Below are positions 1 to 12,200 of a stretch of 64,000 nt of DNA, in pieces (within the stretch, counting starts at the first letter, position 1; each line of letters opens with the position of its first letter). Made by a program: the position numbers and the translations under genes. Source of the DNA: Cyanophora paradoxa CCMP329 (Eukaryota > Plantae > Glaucophyta); NCBI GenBank assembly GCA_004431415.1, contig QPMI01000415.1, positions 241,823 to 305,822 of the forward strand. Direction: 5' to 3'. The notes beneath the pieces are model-generated. The model did not search any database, was not told where the DNA came from, and worked only from the letters and a program-made list of their open reading frames with translations.

Positions 1-1734
1 GCCGCCGCCGCGAGCTGTCCCTCCAGCCACGCCAGCTGTGCCGCCGCGTCCTGGGCCGAGGGGCGGGGGGCGGGGCCATCAGCCGGGAACTTCGGAGGGG
101 CGGATGAGGGGGCGAGGATAGGGCGGAAGCGGGCGTAGAGCGGGGGAAGAAAACGAGGGCGGGAAGAAAACGAGGGCGGGGCGCAGAGCGGGGCGCGGGG
201 GCCCGGCCCGGCCAGCGGCAGTTTTAAATCTAAACTCAGCAGGTCCACATCTAAATTCTAGCCTGGTCGACTCTTCATCCCCGGCCTGGGCGGCGGACCT
301 GGACGCAGGGGTCCTCGGCGAAGATGTCGGCCCCGCAGTAGGAGGGCACCATCGCGTTCGTGTCCAGGAAGATCAGCGCGATCTGGGGGGGGGTTTCAGA
401 GGGGGGTAGTGGAAGATTAGGGCGGACTGGGGGGGGGGTGAAGGTGAAGGGGCGGGGGGGGGGGGGGGGCGGTTTTAGATGTGGGGTATGCAGGAGGGTA
501 GTTGAAGATTGGGGCAGACTGGGGAGGAGGGGGAGGAGGGAGGATCCGCGGGGCGCGGGATACGTACCCCCACGAGTTCGCCGCTCGCCAGCTCCGCCGT
601 CAGCATCGAGCTGTAGTACCTGCGCGCCGCACCGTACCCTCCCTCAGTCCCGCTCTCGAGGCCTAGGCTTGGCTCGGGCTCGCTCACCGCGCGGGGAAGG
701 ACCAGCGGGGGCTCTGGTTTGAGTACGCGATTTGCGCGGCTGGCTTCCCCATATAGTCTGCGCGGTGATTTCGTTCGCTCGGCTCGGCTTTTGCTTCGTT
801 CGCCTCGTTCGGGCGCGCGCGCGCACCGTGGTTGCCGAGGGTGGGGTACCAGCGCACGCCCAGCTTCGTCTTGTCGTAGACCTGCTCGTACGACGCGAGC
901 CAGTCGCTGTCCTCGACGGAGCTCACCCCCTTCGGATAGAACTGCAGATCAAATTAGTTCGACCTCGGATCAAATCTAGATCAAATTCGAATTCCCGCAC
1001 GTTGTCGCCGACGCTGACGACGAAGCGGCACTTTCTCCTAGCGCAGATCTCTCCCATCGCTTTCGCGAGCTGCGGGCCGGGCCGGGGCGCGTGAGGCGCG
1101 CGCGCTCCCGCCGCGGGCGGGGCGGGCCGACGCACCGCGAGCTGGTGGTGCTGCCCTTTGCGGCCCCAGTCTGCGCCGGCCGAGGTGCGGCCATCGGAAG
1201 AGAGCCGCGGCCGGCGGCGCGCGCGAGCGGACCTCCGATGGCGGCGAACGTGTATCCCTCCTCCTCGAGCGCCAGCGTGCAGGGGCGCGCATCGCAGAAC
1301 TTCGCCGCCAGCGCGTCGAACTCGAAATCGGCGCTCTCCCACGGCCACCGCGGCCAGCCCGCCTGCAGCGCGCCTGCGGGGCCACATTGGAGGCCGCGAG
1401 TCGCGGGGGGAGGCGCGCGCGGCCGCTTGGTCTAGCCGGCCGCGTATCGCGCGAACGCACCCAGAACGAGGGAGACCGCAAGGCCCGCCAGGATGAAAAC
1501 GCACACGCCCCTGGCGCCAGGCCTAGAGCGTCCGTGCCCGTTGCCAGCGAGCGCCGTGTACAGTGGCGCCGGCGGCAACAGCGGTGAGCTTTCAGACGCG
1601 TGCGGCCTCGGCGCCCCGGGCGCGTCGCCATGCGCCGACCCGGCGGAATGAGCAGGCGGGGTCGCTGGGTCGGGGGGAGGGCTGCTGGGTGGCATTCGAA
1701 TGTGCGATTGCGCGCGACCGTCGGCCGCGGACAT
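1..1734 (-). CDS. Purple acid phosphatase / ACP5-type metallophosphoesterase, multi-exon, 3' end beyond the window edge
   Basis: Spliced exons read YTFAAIG|DWGRKGQHHQLA|LAKAMGEICARRKCRFVVSVGDN|FYPKGV...RWYPTLGNH|DYMGKPAAQIAYS...RWSFPAR|YYS...|IALIFLDTN...|AAAQLAWLEGQL. These contain the GDWG, GDNFY and GNHD metal-binding motifs. There is an N-terminal TM anchor (GVCVFILAGLAVSLVLGAFA). Confidence 0.92.
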
Positions 1735-2168
1735 GCACAGCTGCGGCTGTCGCTGCGGCGCCGGCTCTTACGCTCCCGATGTCGCAACGAGGGAATGGGC
1801 GCGGCAGCTGGCCTGAGGTGAATGATGCTGGTGTCGCTGATGCCGGCACCAGTGGAATCGCTGATGCCGGTGCCGGGGTCGGCGCACGCTCGTCTAGATC
1901 TAGACCTGTTGATGATCGACTCGGATCAGGATCATGATGGTGAACTCGCCCATGTGCGCCCCTTGAGAGCTGCAGTCTGCAGTCCGGCCGCGCGCCGGCG
2001 CGTGTCAGCATCGGCTTGTCGCGCGAGTCGAGCGTGCCCGCCCACCCCTCCGCAGACTCGCACTTCTACCCTTGCTCGTTTCCCTCCCCCCAATTTTTCG
2101 GCGCATCGGTCTCGGGTCCCCGTCAGCCGGATTTTTTCGGAGTGCTAGCTATACACGCCAGGCGCACG

Positions 2169-3854
2169 ATGCTCGCCTTCGCAGTAACAGCCGTAGCTTC
2201 CAGCTCGTCGCGGGCGCCCAGCAGCAGAAGCGCCGCGACATGCGTGCTCCGCAGCGAGTTCGCCGGCGCGTCGGCGAGCGGCGCCAGCAGCGCGAGCTTC
2301 TTCGCCGGCGAGGAAGCGCGCACCTTCCACGCCGCGCGGTCGTTCGTCGCCTCGAGCCCGGGCCTGCCGTCTTTCGAGGTCGTCTGCATGGGGCGGCGCG
2401 CGGCCAAGATTGCTGCGAGGAAGGGCAAGGCTGACCTCCTCAAGGGCAAGCTGTACTCGCGCGTCGGCAAGAAGATCATCACGGCGTGAGCTCCGCGCTC
2501 CGCGCCGCCCTCCGCGAGGCCCCGCGCTTACTCCGCACGACGTCGACAGCGTGAAGCAGGGCGGCCCGGATCCCGTCGCGAACTCGGCGCTCGCTTCCGT
2601 GCGTGCCGCGGCGTCGCCGCGCCCCCGGAGCTAAGCTAAGGCCGCGCCGCAGATCCTGAAGGAGGCCCGCAACGCCAGCGTCCCGACCGTGCGCCCGCCG
2701 CCGCCGCGTCCCCGCGCGCCCCGCCCGCGCTGAGCGGCCGCGCCCTACCCCCAGGACATCATCGACCGCAACATCAAGAAGGCCTCCGAGGCTAACCAGG
2801 CACTCCCGCTCCCGTACCCCCGGCCCCGCCGCTGTACCCGGCGCCTGACCGGAGGGGGTTACCGCAGGCGGCCTTCAATGAGATCACGTACGAGTTCATC
2901 GGCCACGGCGGCGTCGGAATCCTCGTCGAGGCCCTTACCGGCGCGCCCTGCGCCCCTCGCGCCGTACCCCCCCCTCGGCGTCCCGCTCACGTACCCCCTC
3001 CGTCTCGCAGACAACCCGAACCGCGCCAACTCGGAGGTCCGAAGGGTGGCGCAGAAGGCGGGCGGCAAGATCGCCAGGTGGGCCTCTCTTCCGCTTACCC
3101 CCCTCCCTTCCTCCCCCCTTCCGGGACTGGACCGACGCCGTACCCCCCCCCGTCACTCCCTGCGAACGCAGCCCCGGCAGCGTCTCGTTCAACTTCTCCC
3201 AGGTCCGTCCCCCTCGCCCCTCTCATACCCCTGTACCCCGGATCCCGACGCCCGGGGGTACGCAGAAAGGCGCGATCCGCCTCTCCGGCGTCTCCGTCTC
3301 GGAGGACGCCATGTTCGAGGCCGCTACCGAGGTGCCCCCCTCCCCAGCCCCCGTACCCCCTCTTTTTCACGTACCCCTGCCCCCCTCCAGGCTGGCGCGG
3401 ACGACGTGTTCATGGAGGGCGAGGAGGCGAGCTTGCCCCCCCTTCTCCCCCCCCTCCCCCGCCCCCTCCCCCCCCCTGAGCCCTCACCTGTACCCCAGGA
3501 GGGCTCCTTCACCGTGCTGACGGCCCCGGGCGACCTGTACGCCGTCAAGGAGGCGCTCGAGGCGGGGCTCGGCATCCAGATCAGCCCCGAGACCGTCAAC
3601 CTCGAGGTCGGCTCAGATCTGATCTGTTCTGATCCGATCTGATCTGATCTGAACTTCAGATGATCCCGAACGCGGTGGCGGAGGACCTCTCGGACGAGGA
3701 CGCGGACGCGAACGACGCGATGATCGAGGCCCTCGAGGAGCTCGACGACGTCAACCACGTACGTGCTCGCGTCGCGTACCCCCCCTCGAATTCCCGGATT
3801 CGAAATTCTGAATCGGAACCCGTGCAGGTCTTCCACAGTATGCCCCGCGAGTAG
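2169..3854 (+). CDS. yebC: YebC/PmpR/TACO1-family protein with plastid transit peptide; 12 exons
   Basis: Mature protein reads MGRRAAKIAARKGKADLLKGKLYSRVGKKII...GGPDPVANSAL...DIIDRNIKKA...EITYEFIGHGGVGILVEALT|DNPNRANSEVR...KAGGKIA|PGSVSFNF...IEALEELDDVNH|VFHS. The Ser/Ala-rich N-terminus begins MLAF. Confidence 0.93.
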
Positions 3855-4005
3855 TGGCGCCTCTTTCCCACAGCTAGGCCCTAGCTATAGTGTTTCTTCT
3901 CAGAGGCTTGTTCCGTTGAAGCATGGAATTCGAATGCCCTGCGCGAGTGCTTGCTCGTGATCACGCTATGTCGATCGATATCGTCGCAATAGGTCTAAAT
4001 GTACA

Positions 4006-4175
4006 TGTGTCACAGTGTAGCTAATCGCTCGCCAGGCATGAGTAATAGTCGATCTAGATCTGTTCCACGCGCACGTGGGGCCGGCGCGCGGCGCCGGCCG
4101 GCTCTGTGTGACAGCCAGCTGCAGAACGGCGTGTTTGCATTCACGACACGCATATGCACAAGCGTATACTTCCTT
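4006..4175. repeat. Dispersed repeat, copy A (homologous to 8754-8980)
   Basis: Shared blocks in the same order: tgtgtcacag, catgag, aatag, gtgtgacagcc, gaacggcgtg(t/c)ttg(c/t)attcacgaca. Contains an internal inverted pair tgtcaca/tgtgaca. Confidence 0.7.
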
Positions 4176-4416
4176 CGGACAGCCTCCGATTCAACATTGC
4201 TTGGGGGAATTCGAAGACGTCGACGAACTCTAAAAAGCAATAGAAAATATCTAATTTAATGACAGTATACGTATGTATACGTAAACGACGTGCCCTGATT
4301 ATGAGTGCGGTTCTACGCTAGCTTTCTGCGATGACAAATTAAGAAGGCTCCACGGGAAATCTCAATTCAATGATTACAATCAATATAACGATCAAGGACT
4401 GCCCCCTCACACTCGA

Positions 4417-7400
4417 TTACTCGTGTTCCTCGTCATTCTTCCGCGCGCGCTTTGGATTCCTCGGGACTTCGAATTCTGGTAGATCGGCGGCCGCGACACC
4501 AAGCTGAATGCTGGCGGCCGATTCTCCAGCGACCGGTGGCGACTCTGGAGCATCGGGGCCCGCTGCAGCTGGGGGGCTGGCCGGCGCCGACGGCGAAGAA
4601 GGCAGGGACTCGACGGCGGGCAGGTGGGCGGAGTGGAGGCGCGACTTCCAGTCGGGGGGCATGAGGCGGCCCAGCGCGGGGCCACGGCAGGCTCGGCCGA
4701 GGGACGGTAGGGCGCCTGAGCGTCGTCTGCGCGTCAGCAACGAATCGCGATCGCGAGCGGCGAGGCTGGCCATGGGGGCCGGGCGCGCACCCTCCGTGGC
4801 CGGGGGCACGTGCATCACCAGGGGCGCTGCACTCCCAGCCGCCGGCAGAGGCAGCGCCCTGCGCCTGCCCCTTAGAGAGCGAAGCACACAAAGCTCCGTG
4901 AGTTGAGCTGAAGACGCACCGTCCGCAGTTGGGGTACTCGGAAAGGAAGGGGTAGCGAGCACTTATACACCTAGCGCAGATGTACTCCCACTCATCGCTC
5001 ACTTTCTGCGCACCGTGGCACGCGCAAAGGCTTAGCTTATAACTAGGCGTACAGGTATACGTAGATCTAGAGTGCACCACGGCACAAAGCCTGAGGCCTA
5101 GCTGGCAATTTTGATGGCAATTGCAACGCACCCCATTCTTTGGCATGCCAATGCAGGGGAAGTGGAACCAGTCCCAGCAGGTCGGGCACTGCTCAAGTTG
5201 GGCGACAAAGGGAAGGATAGAGCAGACATGCGTGCACAGAACCGATCGCGAATTCGAACCTGGAGCATATGATTCCGGCCGTCGTCCGCCCCATCACAAG
5301 TGCAGAATTTCTCGTAGAAGTTGTGCCCATAACTGAGGATGATCATGAGGAGGATGAATATAACATAAATTGCAATTGAATTTGAAAACGATGACGACAA
5401 GACAAGAGCGCACATATTCTTGGAGTTTTCGGGATCCCGCTCTTCCACGAGCGTGCACCGCTCCTCGGCTTCATGATCATGATCGGGTGGAAAAAATGCG
5501 TCAGAGCGTGGAAGAAGCACAGATCTAGAGATCGCAAAGTGATGGCACCAGGCATTCTGCTGCTTCCGCAGTCACAGCGGAACTTCCCCTTGCACCCGAT
5601 GCTGACAACCTGGGCGGCAGGGCTCGAGTGCAGCAAGGGGCAGGGGCCGCGCAGACTTGGCTCACGTGATGGCCACGGTCTTCATGGCATTCCTCAGCGC
5701 ATCTGCAGCATACGCCCGCCGGCAGAGGAAACTGCGTGTGCGAATTTCGAAGTCATATTCCGAAGTTCAAAATCTCTGTTTGGCGCAGAATTCGAATATA
5801 TATCTAGACCTGGAAGGCCGGGCGGGAGTCGTGGATCACTCACCTCGCCCTTCTTCTCCTGGCATGTGAGGCAGATGTACACGACTTGGTCCACGTAGCC
5901 CCTCCCATACGAGCACTCGGACTTGCCGAGGTTTAGCGGGTCCTGCTCCCAAACCTAGATTCGAAACCAGACGATCACGATCAAATACGGATGGCCATGC
6001 ATGCATATATGGCGAGGGGGGACCTCTTTTTCCTCCTCCGAATCCTCGGGGTCCTCCTCCTCCTCTTCCTCCTCCTCGACATCTTCGCTGTCCTCATCCT
6101 CACCGGCGGCGTCCGCATTGCGGTCGTTAATGTTGAGCTCGGCTTGCTCCCGGGAGTCCATCACGATTTTCTCGATCCGGCCGGCAGTGATTTCAGCATC
6201 CCGCCCGTCTCGCGATCGGTGCTGCATGGTTACGACGGCAGTCGTGTTCCCAAGACGCATGCTGATCCCGGGGGCCACTTTCTGCAGTAGCTTCCGCTGA
6301 TTTCCCAGAAAGCACGCAATTAATTTCTTCTGGCTGTCAAGACCGAAATGCAACTCCTCTGCGGAATAATGGCAGTCAGGATGGAAATACCAAGGATCGT
6401 GTACGTGTGCATTCGTACCCAGACAATATTTTGAAATCAAGGACGTTTCTGAAGCGAAAAAAAGCAGATGCGTGGCTAATTTAATCGCTATCCCAACTGC
6501 GGATGCAAAGCTCCTGATCAGCGTGAACCAGCGTGAACTCCTGTAATCAACAAAGCGCATGGAATGAAGTCGCACTCTCGTTCACCCATCTGTCCCCTGC
6601 AAAGCGCAGAAGTTAATTTAAAAACGATGTAAATTGCTGAATAGAAACGCACCCCCTTCCAGCTGAAACTCATCAAACCAGCACGCGACGCCACGCGCCT
6701 CCAGAGCCGCTTTGATAGCCGAAACGATATCGTTGTCGGCGTGCGAGTAGCTGATAAAGACACGGACTGCAGGAGGCGAGCTCTGTCCTGTGTGCCAGCC
6801 CTTGTACAGGAACGGATTTGTGTCCGGGCGTTCCCCCAGCACCGCACGGCGCGGCACGGGCTCAGCCGAGTCGCTCGCTGTCTGCTTTTTTAGCGCAGCT
6901 GCCAAGCTTCTGAGCCACCCGTCATAGCCGGGGCCGCGACTCCCGAAGAAGGGCCGCACTGACTGCGCCCAAAGTAAGCCCTAGCCTTGTGGATGTTGGA
7001 CAAGGCTGCCTATAAATATTTTTGCAGACTTGAAAGGATCTGATGCGCATGCTCAGCCCAGGGTTCGTGCGCTCCAGGTAGTGATCGCTCATGCCGAAGT
7101 AATCGATTGTTAAGGGCACAACGATGCATCCGTCGTCGATCGCTGGGCGCGGAGGAGAAAATCAGTCCGACGGTCTCGCGAGCTCGAGAGAAGCCGTGGC
7201 CGTGCACGTGAGCGAACCTTCATATAAAGCCGCAATCAATGCCTGGTTTTCTGCCGACTGCGATATCGATGCCTGGGATGCGATGAAGAGAAAGGAGTGG
7301 GCGTCGCAGCGGGCCGCCCTATGTCCAGCACTTTTGGATCCCACGGCTGATCCGCACAGCTGCAGCTGTAAGGTCGGCGCCGGCGTAGAGCAATCCGCGC

Positions 7401-7777
7401 CGGCGCGTTCCGGGACATCGTTGCAGCTGCGTCATGATCATGAGCAGCCTGGCAGCCGGGGCGCGGGCTCTATATCTGGTGTGGCCGGGGCCCGGGGCGG
7501 CCGGGGGACCGGCCACTCTACGTATGCGCCCCGCGCGGCGGCATCCGCCGGGCCGGGGCTGCGGCCCGGCAGCCGGCCGGTTGCGGCCGGCGGCCGCGGG
7601 GGCCGGGCTGGCGGGGGCCGGCCGCGGGCCGGCGGGGGCCCGGCGGCCGGCCGTATATACGCGCGCGCACCAGAGCACGAGCTCGAGTTCGCGGCGCAGG
7701 TGAAGATCATCCAGCACGTGAGAGAGCCGCACAGCATCCTCAGCAGTCGCCAGGACGTGCACGCGGCGCCCGAACAT
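4417..7777 (-). CDS. Tandem TIR domain - acidic tract - UBR box - PHD finger protein (UBR7-like E3 ligase fusion); 5' end unresolved
   Basis: TIR2 reads RVFISYSHADNDIVSAIKAALEARGVACWFDEFQLEG|GDRWVNE|IGIAIKLATHLLFFASETSLISKYCL|EELHFG. Its last exon runs in frame into the E/D tract. UBR box: CSYGRGYVDQVVYICLTC...GVCCRCAEECH...KGKFRCDCG. PHD: NFYEKFCTC...MLQ|CPTCWDWFHFPC...YICARC. A UBR7-like PPDWKSRL precedes the stop at 4417. A degenerate TIR1 lies at about 7766-6900 and needs one extra G near 7318. Confidence 0.82.
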
Positions 7778-8753
7778 CGCCGGCTGCGAAGAACGACATC
7801 ATCATGATCATTCGAATTCGTATATATATGTGTGTGTATGCACGCGTGATCATGTGCATGAGTGGCATGCATATGGCGCTGCAGTGTATTCGTACACGTA
7901 CGTGTGCATGTGCATGTACATGTGCTGATGAGGTTGACGATGGTGAGGATGGCGTGGACATCGCGAACATCGGCGAGGACAGGGCGATCCGTCGTGATGA
8001 TATCGATCGCTTTAGCTATGCCGATAGTATGCTGCCCGCTAGCTACTAGGCCAAGGCTAGTTAGTAGCGCTGCCGGGTGATCGTGACGCCGTGACGCGCT
8101 GCTGCGCTGGGACTCGGGAAGCTCCAGCTGGTCGCCAGGCTCTGCCGAGTGCACCGGTACCGTAGACTCTCAAGATCCGCTGAGCCTCGGAGTTGCAAGT
8201 TGCTGGGCGATGCTGGCTCCAGACCAAGTGCGATGGCAACTCGCCGAGTCGGCGAGATTGCGGAATCGAGTTCACCGTTGTTAACGTTGCTAAGTTGGCT
8301 TTTGGCAGCTGGCAGTTACGGGGGGTACGGTATACGGAGCTAAACTTTACTGCTTTCATTGCGCTTCAATTCGCGATCGCGATCGATCACGCGGATCCGG
8401 ATTTCGAATTCGGATCGAATATTCGAATTGGATTCGGTCGGCGCCCCCGCGGCCGCTTGTGCGCCGGCGCCGCCTCCTCGATCAGCCTCCTCAGCAGGCC
8501 CTCAGCCCGGGCCTCGCTGAGTCAGGGCCGGCGCCTAGCCATACTGTAGCCGGCCTGGATCCGGACGTCGACTCGATTCCAGAGCTACGCGTATGTGCAC
8601 CGCGGCCACCGGGCGCTGCGGCATGCGCAATGCAAGCCTTTTGAAGCGTGATGATCATGATGATCGGATCATCGATATCGATCGCGATCGGAGCAGTACA
8701 TTAATTTAAATCGGAGCTCGAGCACCGAGAGCCTCGAACTGAAGGCCCTCCCG

Positions 8754-8980
8754 TGTGTCACAGAGTCGCAGGGCCCCCGGCCCCGCGCGGGGCCTTGCCC
8801 CCGCGACCGGGCCAGGGGCCCTTGATCATGAGCTCAGGGCCTTCGCTTCGAGCTCCAATAGCTAGGCCTGTGCCCCGCGCGGGACCCGCGGCCCCGTAAC
8901 TATAGCTAGCCTAGTAGGGCCTCGTGTGACAGCCGGAACGGCGTGCTTGTATTCACGACAGTGTAACCAGCATTTTCTCC
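8754..8980. repeat. Dispersed repeat, copy B (homologous to 4006-4175)
   Basis: Same block order as copy A in direct orientation, expanded by GC-rich micro-duplications. Confidence 0.7.
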
Positions 8981-9273
8981 ACACATCTTGTAATATATAA
9001 CTAATACTACATTTTTGAAGAAAATATTGTGACCATGTCATGAAGGCGTTGAGGAAAAACGTTCACGGTTGCGAGCTATTATGCGTTAACGTTTACGGTT
9101 TTATTTACAAACCGCACCGGTCTGCAGTACTACGGTACCGCTTCGCGGGTTTGAAGGCATACCAAGTCGTACTCTATAGCTAATCAAATATACGGCAAGA
9201 AATAAGGGCGCGCACTAACCTAATAATACTTGCAAATTGTTCTAATAAAGATTACGTTCATCGGCTCATCGGC

Positions 9274-12200
9274 TCAGATTCGGATGGTGTCGAGCTGCGG
9301 ATCTCCGCGAGCGGAGGCGTCGACCTCGATCTCCTCGGGGAACACCTGCGATTCGTGGGTTCGAATCCGAATTCGAACACGTTTCTGTTCTATTTTCGGA
9401 ACCGATCTTCGCACCTTGCAGTGGGGCACGGGGACGGGGACGGGGGCGGCAGCCGCGGAGGCGGCGGCGGCCTCCAGATCCACATCCACTGGGCGGGCGG
9501 GGCCGGCGGTGACGGCCTCCGCGGCGCGGACGCGGCGGCGCCAGACGGCGAGCGCGGCGACAACCGCCGCGGCCGCAACTGATCATCGTGAATGGAAGTC
9601 AGAATTCGAAAGTAAAAGCGAAAGTAATTGAAGGGCGCACCGGCGACGGCGGCGCCCGCGGCGCCGGCGACGGCTGCGACGAGGCCAGAGGAGGACGAGG
9701 CGGAGGCGGCGGCGGGCTGGGCCGCGCCCGCGCCCGCGGCGGCGGCGCGGAGGGCGAGCTCGAGGTCCGTCTGACCGGAGCCGCCCGACCTGAACGAAGA
9801 AGAAGCAGTGCGGGGCGAGCAGGTGCCGGCGAGGTCGGGGAGGCCGTCGCGGTCGAGGTCGCCCACGACCGTCCAGCCCCACGTCGCCGGCGCCTGCGGC
9901 TGCCGCGGCAAGAATTCAGAAATCAGCGTTCCTTCGATTTCTATTCCATGATCTCTATTGATTCCTTCTCCTAGGCCTTTAAAATAAAATGAGAAGCTTC
10001 CTCCTGCTCGATTCGTACCTCGGCGGGGGAGCCGGTCGCGGGTGCAGGCGCCAGCGCGACCCCGCTGGCGACGGCGCCGGCGGCGGTGCCGAGGCCGCTC
10101 CCGACCCTGGCGCCCGCGCCCGAGCCCGCGGCGCCGGCGAGGCGGCGGCGGAAGACGAGCCGGGAGGAGGGGCGGCACTCCTGCGGGAGCACTCCGACCT
10201 GCAAAGGAAATCAGACGGAAATCGGACGGGAATTCGACCGATATCGATCCCACCTTTGCCTTGGCGGCGGCGGCGCCGCAGAGGTCCCGCGCGACCACGT
10301 CGAGGTGGATGTGGAGGGCGTCGGCGTCGGCGGTGGAGGCCGCCCCCGCCTCCGCCTCCGACGCGATCTTGGCCAGCAGCGCCCTGCAGGAGGTGAGAGG
10401 GCGCAGGCGGAGGCGGACCGGGCGGGCCGCCCCCCCCCCCCCCCCCCCCCCCCCTCGCTATGAAACGGTATGAAAACAGTACAATGACGTGGGGTTTACG
10501 ATATGAAAGATCTTATGTAATAATTAAAGGCAGGCAGGGGGTGCGAGGGGCGAGCCGGGGCGCACCGGTCGGCGAAGAGAGCGACGACGGAGTCAGTCGC
10601 GTAGACGCTGCGCGCGCGCTCAGACGATCAGAGCTAACGAGGTCTGGCCGTAGGCCAATCCAATCAAGTTATCAATAATCTATAAATTTCTAGAACGCTG
10701 AACCCAAGAAATCAAGAAGTGCGCCGGGCGCACCGCTCGGCGAGCCCGTCGCAGTCGTCGTCCTGGCGCCCGTCGAAGAGCGACGCCGGGTCCTGCGCGC
10801 GCGCCTCTTAGAAATGCAGCTACTAGCTCTCATAGGAAGAGCAGCTACTAATGCAGGGCACAATTAGGACCCGGCGTCGCTCTTCGTCACCCGCACCCGC
10901 TTCCCACCTCAGAGACGCTCCTGATCACTTAAACATAATCTCTCAAGATTCTTTCTTTCTTTCTTTCTTTCAAGGTAGAGGGCGGCGGTGGAGCTAATGC
11001 AGCTAATGAATTCCACCAGAAATGCTCTAGAAGCTGTTCTTTAGAAGCGCGAAAGTTAACGGCTCGCCCTCAATATTCGTGGATTGCTCTGACCTCGGGG
11101 GACCAGCGGTAGAGGACGGCGGCGGCGCCCTCGGCGATCGGGATCGGTTCGCCGGGGGCCGGCGGCGCGCCGTTGACGATCTTGACCGACAGCTGCGAGA
11201 GCTTGATGTTCCCTGCGCGCGCGGCCGCAGGTTCGAGTCCGCAGAGTCAGTTTCGCAATTGCAAGCCGAATTCGGGGAGCGGAGGATGTATATCTAGAAA
11301 CATGTACAGACCGAAATGGGCTCTGCCCGGGCGCCGGCGGAGCGCGGCCGACACGAACGTCAGCTCTGGCTGCGGGCCGAGCGTCAGTTTCGAAGCCAGT
11401 TTCCTATATATTGGTGTGTGGTTTTAATTCGCTAGAGCCACGAGTTAGACAGAGAGATGCCGTTTGTTAACAGCTGGCGCTGCGCATGCTCAATCGTTTC
11501 ATCTTCTGAGGGAGGCCCCTTGAGGATACACGTCGAGGGCGGACCATGAAGGGGAACATGCCCGAGTGGACGCCGGCGGCGAAGAAGCGGACGCCGACTC
11601 CCTCGGGGAGCCCCTTGGCGTAGTCCACGGCTGTCCCCGCCCGCGGGGCGAGCCGCTGCAGAAGGAAGGCGTAAGGAGGAGGAGGCGTAAGGAAAGGCGT
11701 GAGGGTTTGGAAAGCTTATGAGTAGGAAAGCTATAGCGATGTGGGTCGGAGGGCACCTCGAACTTAAGGCCCTGGCGGAGTCGGACCTGCGCGTTCGAAC
11801 CATCTCAACATACAAGATCTAAAATACCACGTTCGGCTTTACAGCTTCTTTGATTTACAGCTTCTGCCGCGCGGACCTTGGGCTCGCCCGTGGCGCCCGT
11901 CCGCGAGAGGGTCGTGAAGGCGATCCCCGTCGCCGCGTCCACGCGCACCGGCCAGCCTGGGGCAGAAGAAGAAGTGTTATAATTGGGAGAAGAACCGAAT
12001 CGAGGAGAAGAGGTCTAGGGCGCACATTCGAATGTGGCGCCGCCCTCGCCGAACTGCGGGTAGGCTGCGCGACAGGGTGCGAAATTGTCAAGCTTCGAGC
12101 TCCAAGCAAGCTTCTATTCGAGCTTATGCATGAGGGCATGCGTACCGTCGAGGAGGCGGCGGTCGTCGCGGGGGCAGGACTCGACCGCGTCCCACGAGGG

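Noticed and set aside
7930-8560. Possible further 5' exons of the TIR-UBR7 gene
   Set aside because: Could not establish a consistent frame and splice path.
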